Source: Candidatus Giovannonibacteria bacterium (lineage in GTDB: Bacteria; Patescibacteriota; Minisyncoccia; JACPKW01; UBA11713). From it: a DNA stretch of 64,000 nucleotides. The stretch covers positions 428 to 64,427 of the forward strand of contig JACPKW010000004.1 in NCBI GenBank assembly GCA_016186825.1. Reading direction: 5' to 3'. Shown one piece after another: positions 20,312-29,996 of the stretch (positions are counted from its first letter, which is position 1; each line of letters begins with the position of its first letter). Position numbers and translations under genes: made by a program. The notes below the pieces were generated by a model. It ran no database searches and was not told where the DNA came from. It was given only the letters and a program-made list of their open reading frames with translations.

Positions 20312-21421
20312 ATGCCAGATCAATATCAACCCACAAAACAATCCAGCATATTTTTTATTGAAATAGATCGGATTAAGCCGAATCCTTTCCAGCCGCGGCG
20401 GGATTTTGATGAAAACAAATTAGGGGAACTTGCCGAATCAATCCGCCAATACGGAGTGCTGCAGCCTTTGGTGGTTGTCAGGGTGGAAAGAAGTTTGCCT
20501 ACCGGCGGGGTTGTTACTGAATATGAACTTATTGCGGGGGAACGCAGGCTTCGCGCTTCCAAACTTGCGGGACTTCGTGAAGTTCCGGTTATGATCCGTG
20601 AAGAATCTGCAGACAAAGTGAAGCTAGAGATGGCTCTCGTGGAAAATGTCCAGCGCGAGGATTTAAATGCGATTGACCGTGCAGTCGCTTTTAAAAAACT
20701 GAATGAAGAATTCAGCCTTACCCATAAAGAAATCGGCGCGCGCATTGGAAAATCGCGTGAGTATGTGGCAAATTCTGTAAGGCTATTGGCGCTTCCTGCA
20801 GAAATGCAGCAGGCTTTGAAAGAAGGCCATATTACGGAAGGGCATGCGCGTCCGCTCTTGATGCTCGCGGGCCGTCCGATGGAGCAAAAGAAACTTTTTG
20901 AAGACATTCTTTATAGAAACGTTAATGTTCGTGAAGCTGAAAAAATTTCGCGTCAGATTGCTTTCGAGCGCTCGAGGCATCCGGAAGCTTTAGATCCCGA
21001 AATCCGCCGGCTCGAAGAAAAACTTCGCGAAGCTTTGGGAACGCGTGTTTCGATAGAGAAAAAGGGGACGAAAGGAAAAATTTCGATTGAGTTTTTTTCG
21101 GAGCTGGAGCTCCGCGACATTTTTGAAAAATTCATCCCGTTAGAAACAGCTCGCCATTTTGAAAATGATCTCAAAAATGAGGCAGATGACCCCAAAAAAT
21201 TTCTAACGGGATTCATCCGTGAAGGAGGCATAGCTAAATCAGAACCTCAAGTTCCTAATGCGGCAGAAAATATTTTAGCATCTGAAAGTGAAATCAATAT
21301 TCCCGCGCCTGCCTCGTTTTCACCGGAAAGTTATCAGCCTGAAAATCCGATTTTGCCGGATTCTGCTCTTGGTCCGGGTGCCGTCGCTTCAAAAGAGGAC
21401 TTGGAAAATTTCACTATTTAA
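20312..21421 (+). CDS. parB: ParB/Spo0J partition protein
   Basis: PNPFQPRRDF, ELIAGERRLRA, ENVQREDL, HTH; carries an 81-bp in-frame insertion. Confidence 0.93.
   Translation: MPDQYQPTKQSSIFFIEIDRIKPNPFQPRRDFDENKLGELAESIRQYGVLQPLVVVRVERSLPTGGVVTEYELIAGERRLRASKLAGLREVPVMIREESADKVKLEMALVENVQREDLNAIDRAVAFKKLNEEFSLTHKEIGARIGKSREYVANSVRLLALPAEMQQALKEGHITEGHARPLLMLAGRPMEQKKLFEDILYRNVNVREAEKISRQIAFERSRHPEALDPEIRRLEEKLREALGTRVSIEKKGTKGKISIEFFSELELRDIFEKFIPLETARHFENDLKNEADDPKKFLTGFIREGGIAKSEPQVPNAAENILASESEINIPAPASFSPESYQPENPILPDSALGPGAVASKEDLENFTI
21131..21216 (-). mobile_element. MITE-like element inside parB
   Basis: TIRs CCCGTTAGAAA (21136-21146) and TTTCTAACGGG (21200-21210), flanked by direct TTCAT. 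Confidence 0.75.
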
Positions 21422-23129
21422 CTTTTGATTCCACGCGGGTTACTCCTTCCACTTTTTTAAGTACTTCGGTCAGTTTTTTTATCTGCTCTTCTCCCTTGGA
21501 AAGAAAATTAATTTTTATCGGCGCGGCTTCGTTTCCAGACCGATCGGCATTCAGGCTTTGGATGTTTATACGCAGCCGACTGAAGACCGCAGTGATGTCT
21601 TTAATAAATCCGATGCGGTTTTTCCCGTATATTTTCAAATCCACGGGGTAGGAATTTAAACTTAAAAAAGACTTGCTTCCGGAAATCTTTAATTCACGGC
21701 GAATAAAGTTTTTTGCCATACTCGTTTTAACCATGCTTAGCCACTCTATCGACGGCTTTTTATTTTTTTGCGTCATAATTTCAATCACATCGCCTGAATT
21801 AAGTTCCCGCGAAAGAGATACAAGTTTTTCATTTACTTTTGCGCCGCTCGCTTTGTTTCCGATTTCAGAATGGATATGATAGGCGAAATCGAGCGGAGTT
21901 GCGCCTTGCGGGAGGTCAATCACATCGCCTTTCGGAGTAAGCACGAATATTCTATCCCTGAAAAAATCTATTTTCAGAGATTCGAGCATTTCTTCCGAAG
22001 AAGAGTTGCTTTTTTCCAAATCTTTTTCCCACTGGGCGAGTTGGCCGATCCAATTGAATTTTTTTCCGATTGCTTTGAAGCCTTGCTTTGGTTTTCCGGC
22101 TTCCGAATAAGCCCAATGTGCTGCGATTCCTGACTCGGCTTCTTTGTGCATTTCCTCAGTCCTTATCTGAAATTCCACAACGACCCCGTCTTCAGCAAAA
22201 ACGCTCGTGTGCAAGCTTTGATAGCCGTTTGGTTTCGGAAGCGCGATGTAATCCTTAAAGCGCCCGGGAATCGGTTTCCATAATTTATGGATAACTCCGA
22301 GTGCCCCATAACAATTTTTTATGTCCGGAACTATTATTCTTACGGCCAGCAAGTCAAAAAGCCGCGACCAGTCGCCCTCGTTTTGTTCGAGCTTTTTCCA
22401 AATTGAGTAGATGTGTTTTTCGCGGTAAGAAATATCACTTAAAGGAATTTTTTCTTTTTCAAGCTCAACTTTCAAAATTGGAACAAGTTTTTTTAAGAAA
22501 CGCTCGCGCTCTGGAAGGCGCTTTTTGACTTCCGTTGTTATTTTTTCGTATTCCTGCGGATAGACGTAGCGCATGCTCAAGTCCTCGAGTTTTGCTTTAA
22601 CATTCCACATGCCTAGCCTGTCCGCGAGAGAAGCATAAAGGCTTAAAGTTTCTTTAGCGATCCGATCCTGTTTTTCTTTTTTTTGGTAAGAAAGCGTTTC
22701 CATGTTATGCAGCCGGTCCATCAGCTTAACTATAACGACTCGGATGTCCTGGGCTACGGCCAAAAACATTTTTTTGACTGACTCCATCGCGCGATCCGTC
22801 CCGGTTGCGTGCACGCGGTCAACCTTGGTTACAGAGTCTACAAGGAAAGCTACTTCTTCGCCGAATTTTTTTCTGATTTCTTTTTGCGCCTGGGGATCTT
22901 TTTCCACGACGTCATGCAAAAGCCCAGCCGCGACTGTAGCCGCATCCAATTTTAAATTCATTATCTTTATTGCGACTGCGATCGGATGAACGATATAGTC
23001 ATCGCCTGAAAGCCTTTTTTCTCCTTCGTGAATTTTCGAGGCAAATTCAAAAACCTTCTCGAGAAATGCGCGGTCTTTTTGCGAAAAACCGGAGTCGAGA
23101 AGGTGTTTTTCAAAATTTCGCCAGTTCAT
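21414..23129 (-). CDS. rel: RelA/SpoT (p)ppGpp synthetase/hydrolase
   Basis: HDVVE hydrolase motif, KDYIALPKPNGYQSLHT, TGS (TPLDFAYHIHS), C-terminal ACT. Confidence 0.93.
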   Translation of the reverse strand: MNWRNFEKHLLDSGFSQKDRAFLEKVFEFASKIHEGEKRLSGDDYIVHPIAVAIKIMNLKLDAATVAAGLLHDVVEKDPQAQKEIRKKFGEEVAFLVDSVTKVDRVHATGTDRAMESVKKMFLAVAQDIRVVIVKLMDRLHNMETLSYQKKEKQDRIAKETLSLYASLADRLGMWNVKAKLEDLSMRYVYPQEYEKITTEVKKRLPERERFLKKLVPILKVELEKEKIPLSDISYREKHIYSIWKKLEQNEGDWSRLFDLLAVRIIVPDIKNCYGALGVIHKLWKPIPGRFKDYIALPKPNGYQSLHTSVFAEDGVVVEFQIRTEEMHKEAESGIAAHWAYSEAGKPKQGFKAIGKKFNWIGQLAQWEKDLEKSNSSSEEMLESLKIDFFRDRIFVLTPKGDVIDLPQGATPLDFAYHIHSEIGNKASGAKVNEKLVSLSRELNSGDVIEIMTQKNKKPSIEWLSMVKTSMAKNFIRRELKISGSKSFLSLNSYPVDLKIYGKNRIGFIKDITAVFSRLRINIQSLNADRSGNEAAPIKINFLSKGEEQIKKLTEVLKKVEGVTRVESKVK

Positions 23130-25208
23130 TTATTCTTTTTTAATTTCCTTTGCCTCAAAATCGCAGGACTTTGACGAACATTTTATTTTGCCTTTTAGCT
23201 CGACAAGCGGAGAGGAGCATTTCGGACAAAGTTCTCCGGAAGGCCTTTGCCAGCTTGCAAAAGCGCATTCAGGATAGCGCGAGCAGCCGTAAAATAAACG
23301 GCCGCGCTTGGTTTTTCTTTCGACAATTTCGCCTTCGTGGCAGACCGGGCAGGGGATATTTAAGGAAACTGGCGGCAGGGGTTTTGTATTTTTGCATTCA
23401 GGGAAACCAGAGCAGGCGAGGAATCTTCCGAACCGTCCGAATTTGATCACCATTTTTTTCCCGCATTTTTCGCAAACCTGGTCGGTCTCTTCTTCCATGT
23501 TCTGTTTTTCCACTTCCTCGTACTTTACGGCCAAGTGCTCTGAAAAAGGCTCATAAAATTGTCCGATCACAGGCTGCCAATCTTTTCTGCCGGCTGCTAT
23601 TTCGTCGAGTTCCGCTTCCATTTTTGCGGTGAAATCTATATCAACCACTTCCGGAAAATGTTCCACAAGCAAATCATTTACCAATAATCCCATTTTCGTT
23701 GGGTGAAAGCTCTTTTTTTCGTCTCTCTCAACATAGCGGCGGTTTTGAATTGTGCTTAGAGTCGGGGCGTAAGTGGAAGGGCGCCCGATTCCGGCTTTTT
23801 CCAGCATTTTTATTAAAGATGCGTCGCTATAGCGTCCCGGGGGTTGGGTGAAATGCTGAAGGGGATCAATTTTAATAAGCTTCACCTCGTCTCCTTGAGT
23901 TATCTCTGGAAGAATAACATCCTCTGTTTTCGTTTTATAAACTTTGAGGAAGCCGTCGAATTTCAAGACTTGCCCTGTTGCGCGGAAAATCGCATCGCCC
24001 GCTTCAACATCCACTATCGTTGAATCAAAAATCGCTTCCGGCATTTGCGTAGCCAAGAAACGTCTCCAGATTAAGTCATAGATTTTAAACTGGCGCGAGT
24101 CGAGTGAATTTTTTATCGATTCGGATGTGCGCGCGGGATCGCTTGGACGGATTGCTTCGTGCGCTTCCTGCGCGCTTTTGGATTTCGTTTTGAAAAATCG
24201 GGGCTTTGGCAGTCTGTAATTCTCTCCGAAGGCGGACGACAGAAAGTCCGCCGCTTCCGCCACCGCGCTTGCGGCTAGGTTTAAAGAGTCGGTGCGCATG
24301 TATGTAATCAAGCCGACTTGTCCTTCGCCTGTATCGATTCCTTCATAAAGCTGTTGGGCAATAACCATTGTTTGCTTGGCTGAATACCCGAAACGCCTTG
24401 AGGCTTCCTGCTGAAGCGTCGAAGTCGTAAATGGGGGCAGGGGGGATCGCGCGGAGGCTTTTTTCTCCACATTTTGAACTTTCCACTTTTCTTCTTCGGC
24501 TTTTTTGGAGATTGTGTCGGCGTCTTTCGCGGTTTTTATGTCGAGTTTTGAGAGAGTTTTGCCGCCTATTTTATGGAGAGAAGCTTTGAACTTTTCCTTC
24601 TTTTTTGTTTCGAGTTCTGCTTCAATGGTCCAGTATTCCTCCGGTTTGAAATTCTCGATTTCACGCTCCCGTTCCACAATCAAACGGACTGCAACGGATT
24701 GCACACGTCCCGCAGAAAGCCCGCGCGCGACTTTTTTCCAGAGAAAAGGGGAAAGCTTATATCCGACTAAACGGTCTAGGATTCTTCTTGCCTGCTGGGA
24801 ATTAACCAGATTCAAATCCAGTTCGCGCGGATTTTTCAGAGCCTCTTTGATCGCGCGTTCCGTAATTTCATGAAATACAATGCGTTCAATTTTATCATCG
24901 GGCTTTTCTTCCAGGCCGAGCGCTGTGATCAAGTGCCAGGCGATGGCTTCCCCCTCGCGGTCTTCGTCAGTTGCGAGGATAATTTTATCCGATTTCATCG
25001 CTTCTTTTTTTAATTGGTTCACCTGTTTTCTGGATTTAGTCGGAATGATGTATTTAGGTTCGAAATTTTTTTCTGTATCTATTCCCAAATTCGATTTAGG
25101 CAGATCGCGGACATGGCCGTACGAAGATTCTACCTTGAATCCTTTTCCAAGAAATCTCGATATGGTTTTTGCTTTTGTTGGCGATTCTACGATTACTAAA
25201 TTGTTCAT
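23130..25208 (-). CDS. topA: DNA topoisomerase I
   Basis: IVESPTKAKTI, ATDEDREGE, GRVQS, ITYMRTDS, C4 zinc ribbons. Confidence 0.97.
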   Translation of the reverse strand: MNNLVIVESPTKAKTISRFLGKGFKVESSYGHVRDLPKSNLGIDTEKNFEPKYIIPTKSRKQVNQLKKEAMKSDKIILATDEDREGEAIAWHLITALGLEEKPDDKIERIVFHEITERAIKEALKNPRELDLNLVNSQQARRILDRLVGYKLSPFLWKKVARGLSAGRVQSVAVRLIVEREREIENFKPEEYWTIEAELETKKKEKFKASLHKIGGKTLSKLDIKTAKDADTISKKAEEEKWKVQNVEKKASARSPLPPFTTSTLQQEASRRFGYSAKQTMVIAQQLYEGIDTGEGQVGLITYMRTDSLNLAASAVAEAADFLSSAFGENYRLPKPRFFKTKSKSAQEAHEAIRPSDPARTSESIKNSLDSRQFKIYDLIWRRFLATQMPEAIFDSTIVDVEAGDAIFRATGQVLKFDGFLKVYKTKTEDVILPEITQGDEVKLIKIDPLQHFTQPPGRYSDASLIKMLEKAGIGRPSTYAPTLSTIQNRRYVERDEKKSFHPTKMGLLVNDLLVEHFPEVVDIDFTAKMEAELDEIAAGRKDWQPVIGQFYEPFSEHLAVKYEEVEKQNMEEETDQVCEKCGKKMVIKFGRFGRFLACSGFPECKNTKPLPPVSLNIPCPVCHEGEIVERKTKRGRLFYGCSRYPECAFASWQRPSGELCPKCSSPLVELKGKIKCSSKSCDFEAKEIKKE

Positions 25209-26074
25209 AAAACTTTTATCCAGACGCCGCCGGACTGTTTTAGAATTCCCGCGATTTCGAGCTCAATTAATTTTCCACTGACAAGAGCCGGCGCTGCGCA
25301 AACTTCATTAATGATCTGATCCGAGTTTTTTGGCTCACCCAGACATTGGAGGATAGATTCTGATATTTCGTCGAGTTTGTCAAATTTCGTTCTTTTTTCT
25401 TCCGGATTAATGCCGAGCAAATAAAGCGCATCTTCTGCGTTTAAAATGGGATGCGCTCCCTCGCGTAAAAGTCTGTTCGAGCCGGCAAAACTTGGGCGCG
25501 TGACATCTCCTGGGATAACTGCAACTTCACGACCAGCCTCTAAAGCGAGACGGGCAGTGATGAGTGCACCCGATTTTTCGGGGGCTTCTATTACTATAAT
25601 CAGTTCGGATAATCCGGCGACGATTCTGTTTCGCTCGGGGAATGTTCCTTTATGCCCTTCAAAGTCTGGCGGGTATTCGGAAATCAAAGCTCCCTTTTCT
25701 TTAACAATGTTCTCTGAAAGCCTAACATTGGCGAGGGGCCCTACTTTATTAATTCCCGCTCCGAGGACGGCCCAAGTAATCCCGCCCCCTTGAAGCGCTC
25801 CTGCATGCCCAGCGGCATCGATACCTAAAGCCAATCCGCTCACGATAACTATTTGGCGTCGCGCAAGCGCTTCGGCTATTTTAAACGCAATTTCTTTGCC
25901 GTAAGAAGTTGCCCGTCTCGTTCCGACAATCGCGATCCGCCGCGAATTTTGTTCCAGCTCTCCTTTTATATAAATTCCTTTCGGCGGCCACGGAGTTTCC
26001 AAGAGGCTCGCCGGAAAATTTTTGTCCTTGGCGGATAAAAATTCGATTTCTGTTTTTGCTTTCAAAAGAGGCAT
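25205..26074 (-). CDS. dprA: DNA-processing protein DprA
   Basis: IAIVGTR, VSGLALGID, FPERNRIVAG, SGALITA. Confidence 0.94.
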   Translation of the reverse strand: MPLLKAKTEIEFLSAKDKNFPASLLETPWPPKGIYIKGELEQNSRRIAIVGTRRATSYGKEIAFKIAEALARRQIVIVSGLALGIDAAGHAGALQGGGITWAVLGAGINKVGPLANVRLSENIVKEKGALISEYPPDFEGHKGTFPERNRIVAGLSELIIVIEAPEKSGALITARLALEAGREVAVIPGDVTRPSFAGSNRLLREGAHPILNAEDALYLLGINPEEKRTKFDKLDEISESILQCLGEPKNSDQIINEVCAAPALVSGKLIELEIAGILKQSGGVWIKVL

Positions 26075-26199
26075 TTCTTAATTTTAGCGTCCGAAATGCT
26101 TTTTGGTAAGTGATGAAACTATATTATCAGCATTTACGTCATTATTTTATGTCCCGCCCCCTCTTTTCTTTTTAAGAAAAGCAGATATAATGAGTAAAC

Positions 26200-26311
26200 A
26201 TGAATCCCGTTAGAAAATTAGAAAATCATAAAAATTGTGAAAAGATGCACCGTTTCTTGCGGGATTTTGGTTTTGGGCATAATAAAGGTATTAATTTTCT
26301 AACGGCATGAA
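26200..26311 (+). mobile_element. MITE-like element at the ftsH start codon, encoding a 36-aa uORF
   Basis: ATGAA-T-CCCGTTAGAAAATTA...TAATTTTCTAACGG-C-ATGAA; 14-bp perfect inverted repeat. Confidence 0.72.
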
Positions 26312-28151
26312 AATGATTTCTAGAAATGTAATAATCGCTTTTTTGGTATTAATGCTGCTTGCGGCGGCTTTTTCGCTGATTAGCGACGGCTTGAAGCAGA
26401 GCCCTCAAATTTCACTGACAGAGCTTGTTCAAAAGATAAATGCGGGCGAGGTTTCGAGGATTAAGGTAAGTACGGACGATCTGGACGTTACGCTCAAAAA
26501 CGGAGAAACGTTAATGTCAAAAAAAGAACCCCAGGCAACATTGATTCAAATTCTTGAAAACTACGGGGTATCAAAAGAAGCGCGTGACAATGTTGTAATT
26601 GAAGTTGAGAATCCTTCCGGTTTCGCTTTCTGGGCCGGAGCAATTTTACCCTTCCTGCTTCCATTTCTTTTGATTGTCCTTTTCTTCTGGCTCGCCGCGC
26701 GTCAGGTTCAACGGGCAAACGTGCAGGCTTTCACTTTTGGGCAGTCGCGGGCGCGGGTAATCCAGCCTGATTCAAAAAAAGAGCGCGTAACCTTTAAAGA
26801 AGTAGCGGGAGTCAAAGAAGCAAAAGAAGAGCTTCACGAAATCGTGGATTTCTTAAAAAACCCCGCGAAATTTTTGGAAATCGGGGCGAGGATTCCCAAA
26901 GGAGTATTGCTGATGGGCGCTCCGGGAACAGGAAAGACGCTTTTAGCGCGCGCTGTTGCGGGGGAGGCGGGTGTGCCGTTCTTCCATATTTCGGGTTCTG
27001 AATTTGTTGAAATGTTTGTTGGAGTCGGAGCTTCACGCGTGCGGGATCTTTTCAAAATGGCAAAGCGGGCGGCTCCGGCAATTGTTTTCATCGACGAGAT
27101 TGATGCTGTCGGAAGGCATCGCGGCGCGGGGCTTGGCGGAGGGCATGACGAGCGCGAACAGACTTTGAATCAAATCTTGGTGGAGATGGATGGTTTTGAA
27201 CCGCATGAGTCAGTGATTGTAATGGCGGCGACCAATCGTCCCGATGTGCTTGATCCGGCTTTGCTCCGCCCGGGCAGATTCGATCGGCGCGTTATACTTG
27301 ATTTGCCGGATATAAATGACCGCGAGTCTATTTTAAAAATTCATGCGGCAAAAAAACCGATTGATAAGAATGTAAATATGCGCACAGTCGCCGAGCGCAC
27401 GCCCGGATTTTCCGGCGCCGATTTGGCAAACTTGATGAACGAAGCTGCGATTGTGGTGGCGCGGGAAAATAGAAAAACTATTGAACAGCTCGATTTGGTC
27501 AGGTCAATCGAAAAAGTTCTTCTTGGTCCCGAGCGTAAAAGCCACATTCTTTCTCCCAAAGAAAAAGAAATTTCAGCTTATCACGAGGCGGGGCACGCTT
27601 TAGTGGCGGCAGTTTTGCCTACGAGCGATCCGGTCCATAAGATTACGATTGTTTCGCGCGGCCGCGCGGCCGGATATACTTTGAAATTGCCTTCGGAAGA
27701 CCGGCACCTTTATTCTAGGAAAAACTTTCTCGATGAGCTGGCTTCGGCTCTCGGAGGATATGCTTCAGAGAAAGTCGTTTTTGGCGAACTTACGACAGGC
27801 TCATCTGACGACATTAAAAAAGCGACCGCGCTTGCGCGCGACCTTGTTACGCGCTATGGCATGTCCGAAAAAATTGGCCCGATTACACTTGGCGAAAGAG
27901 ATGAACTTATTTTCCTCGGCAAAGAGTTGGGGATGGAAAAAAATTATTCGGAAGCTGTGGCCCAAGAAGTGGATTCCGAGATAAAGAACTTTATTACGAA
28001 CTCATTTGTTACCGCGGAAAAAATCATCAAGAAATATCGGAAGGTTCTTGATACGCTTGCAAAACGGCTGATCGAAAACGAAACAATCGAGCGCGAAGAG
28101 TTCGAGTCTATTTTGGGTTCTTTCGGATTATCGCAAGTTCGAACAGCGTAG
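26307..28151 (+). CDS. ftsH: ATP-dependent zinc metalloprotease FtsH
   Basis: Two TMs, [30 protein letters not shown]. Confidence 0.97.
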   Translation: MKMISRNVIIAFLVLMLLAAAFSLISDGLKQSPQISLTELVQKINAGEVSRIKVSTDDLDVTLKNGETLMSKKEPQATLIQILENYGVSKEARDNVVIEVENPSGFAFWAGAILPFLLPFLLIVLFFWLAARQVQRANVQAFTFGQSRARVIQPDSKKERVTFKEVAGVKEAKEELHEIVDFLKNPAKFLEIGARIPKGVLLMGAPGTGKTLLARAVAGEAGVPFFHISGSEFVEMFVGVGASRVRDLFKMAKRAAPAIVFIDEIDAVGRHRGAGLGGGHDEREQTLNQILVEMDGFEPHESVIVMAATNRPDVLDPALLRPGRFDRRVILDLPDINDRESILKIHAAKKPIDKNVNMRTVAERTPGFSGADLANLMNEAAIVVARENRKTIEQLDLVRSIEKVLLGPERKSHILSPKEKEISAYHEAGHALVAAVLPTSDPVHKITIVSRGRAAGYTLKLPSEDRHLYSRKNFLDELASALGGYASEKVVFGELTTGSSDDIKKATALARDLVTRYGMSEKIGPITLGERDELIFLGKELGMEKNYSEAVAQEVDSEIKNFITNSFVTAEKIIKKYRKVLDTLAKRLIENETIEREEFESILGSFGLSQVRTA

Positions 28152-28167
28152 AACTCGCTGTTCATTG

Positions 28168-28239
28168 CGGCCCGTAGCTCAATGGCGGAGCATCGAGCTT
28201 ATACCTCGACGGATGTAGGTTCGAGTCCTACCGGGCCGA
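28168..28239 (+). tRNA. tRNA-Ile(UAU)
   Basis: CGGCCCG/CGGGCCG acceptor, TCGAG-CTTATAC-CTCGA anticodon arm, GTAGG-TTCGAGT-CCTAC T arm. Confidence 0.92.
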
Positions 28240-28244
28240 CTTTT

Positions 28245-29852
28245 ATGAGCGCGCCCTATTCTTATTTGCATATCGCAAACGCGAAACAAATTTCTGGAAA
28301 AGACCGGTGGCTATTGCGCGTGCTTGAAATTATTCCCGGCTTTTTTGCGTGGGGAACGCTATTGGGCATGGTGCTCGCATCCTGGCTCTGGCCTTTGGGT
28401 GCTGCCATTTTTATAATTCTTTTTGATCTCTATTGGCTCGTAAAAACAGTTTATTTGTCGCTGCATCTCCGCGGTAACTGGAAACGGATGCGTCACAACT
28501 TGAAAATGAATTGGGCCGAACGCGTTGAAAATCTGAAGTGGGATCATACCTGGCAAATTGTAATCGCGCCTTTTTACAAAGAGCCGCTTGAAATCGTTGA
28601 GGCGTTCGTAAAATCTATTGCAAACTCAAAGTGGCCGAAAGAACGGATGATCTTGGTTTTAGCCGCGGAGGAAAGGGCAGGCGCGGAAGCGAAAAATATC
28701 GCGGAAACCATCCGCGAAAAATATAAAAATGTTTTTTTGCATTTTTTAATTACAACTCATCCGAAAGATTTGCCCGGAGAACTTGCCGGCAAAGGTTCCA
28801 ATGCCGCATGGGCGGGGGAACAGGTTAAGAAGGTTGTTGATAGTCTAAAAATTCCGTATGAAGATATCATGCTTTCCTGTTTTGATATTGATACGCAAGT
28901 TCCTGATCAGTATTTTTATATCCTGACTTACAGTTATTTAACGACGGAAACCCCCGAGCGCACCTCCTTTCAGCCGGTTCCGGTTTATAACAACAATATC
29001 TGGGATGCGCCCGCTTTCTCGCGCGTAGTTGCGATGTCGGGAACTTTTTGGCAGATGATGCAACAAGAGCGTCCGGAAAGGCTGGCAACTTTTTCGTCCC
29101 ACTCTATGAGCTTTAAGGCTTTGGCAGAGATGGGTTTTTGGCAGAGAAATAATGTCTCGGAAGATTCGCGGATTTTTTGGAATGGGCTTCTATATTATAA
29201 GGGCGATTATAAATCGGAGCCGATGTCATATCCGGTTTACATGGACGCGAACATCGGAAAAAACTTTTGGGAAACCGTTAAAAATGTTTATAAACAGCAG
29301 CGGCGCTGGGCTTGGGGCGCGGAAAACTTTTCTTACGCGGTTTTCGGTTTTTTGAAAATTCCGGAAATCCCTCTAAGAAAAAAACTTTTTTTCACGATGA
29401 TTATGCTTGAAGGCCTTTGGTCTTGGTCTACGAATGCGCTTTTGATGTTTTTCTTGGGGTGGCTGCCTTTGGCGCTCGGCGGAGAAGCATTCAATTCAAC
29501 TGTGCTTTCGTATAATCTTCCCCAGGCAACGCGCTTGATCATGACGTTCGCAATGGTCGGAATTGTAACTTCGATTGTAATTTCGACGAGCATGCTCCCG
29601 CCGCGCCCTGGCGGCATAAAAAAACATAAATCTCTTTTCATGATTTTGCAGTGGCTTTTGATGCCCGTCACGTTGATTGTTTTCGGTTCTGTCCCTGCGC
29701 TCGATGCGCAAACCCGCTTGATGCTCGGAAAATACATGAGCTTCTGGGTTACTCCTAAATTTAGGAGTAACCCAGAAGCAGAGAAAGGGGTCGGGGAAAC
29801 GGGTGTTTCCACGTTGAGGAAAGCAGCGACGAGCGTTAGCGAGGAGCGCTGA
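28245..29852 (+). CDS. Integral-membrane glycosyltransferase family 2 protein
   Basis: GKGSN, DID, SEDSR and QQRRW processive GT2 motifs; start moved to ATG 28245 because the longer ORF overlaps the tRNA. Confidence 0.88.
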   Translation: MSAPYSYLHIANAKQISGKDRWLLRVLEIIPGFFAWGTLLGMVLASWLWPLGAAIFIILFDLYWLVKTVYLSLHLRGNWKRMRHNLKMNWAERVENLKWDHTWQIVIAPFYKEPLEIVEAFVKSIANSKWPKERMILVLAAEERAGAEAKNIAETIREKYKNVFLHFLITTHPKDLPGELAGKGSNAAWAGEQVKKVVDSLKIPYEDIMLSCFDIDTQVPDQYFYILTYSYLTTETPERTSFQPVPVYNNNIWDAPAFSRVVAMSGTFWQMMQQERPERLATFSSHSMSFKALAEMGFWQRNNVSEDSRIFWNGLLYYKGDYKSEPMSYPVYMDANIGKNFWETVKNVYKQQRRWAWGAENFSYAVFGFLKIPEIPLRKKLFFTMIMLEGLWSWSTNALLMFFLGWLPLALGGEAFNSTVLSYNLPQATRLIMTFAMVGIVTSIVISTSMLPPRPGGIKKHKSLFMILQWLLMPVTLIVFGSVPALDAQTRLMLGKYMSFWVTPKFRSNPEAEKGVGETGVSTLRKAATSVSEER

Positions 29853-29916
29853 AAACCAAGAGGTTGTCAGGGAGGCGCGTATGCGCCGACGATTCTGGGT
29901 TACGCTAAAGTTTAGG
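29740..29916 (+). mobile_element. 151-bp-period insertion at the GT2 3' end with a 40-bp palindrome and target duplication
   Basis: Perfect palindrome 29740-29779; 29742-29765 recurs at 29893-29916 (20/24 identical). Confidence 0.72.
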
Positions 29917-29996
29917 CGCGAGCAAAAAACAGAAACGGGAGCAGGGGAAACAGTTTCAGAAAGAAAGAAAAAAGTACCGCTATTTCTCAAAAATAA

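Noticed and set aside
28182-28244. N-terminal extension of the GT2 ORF
   Set aside because: It is a translation of tRNA-Ile; ATG 28245 is the better start
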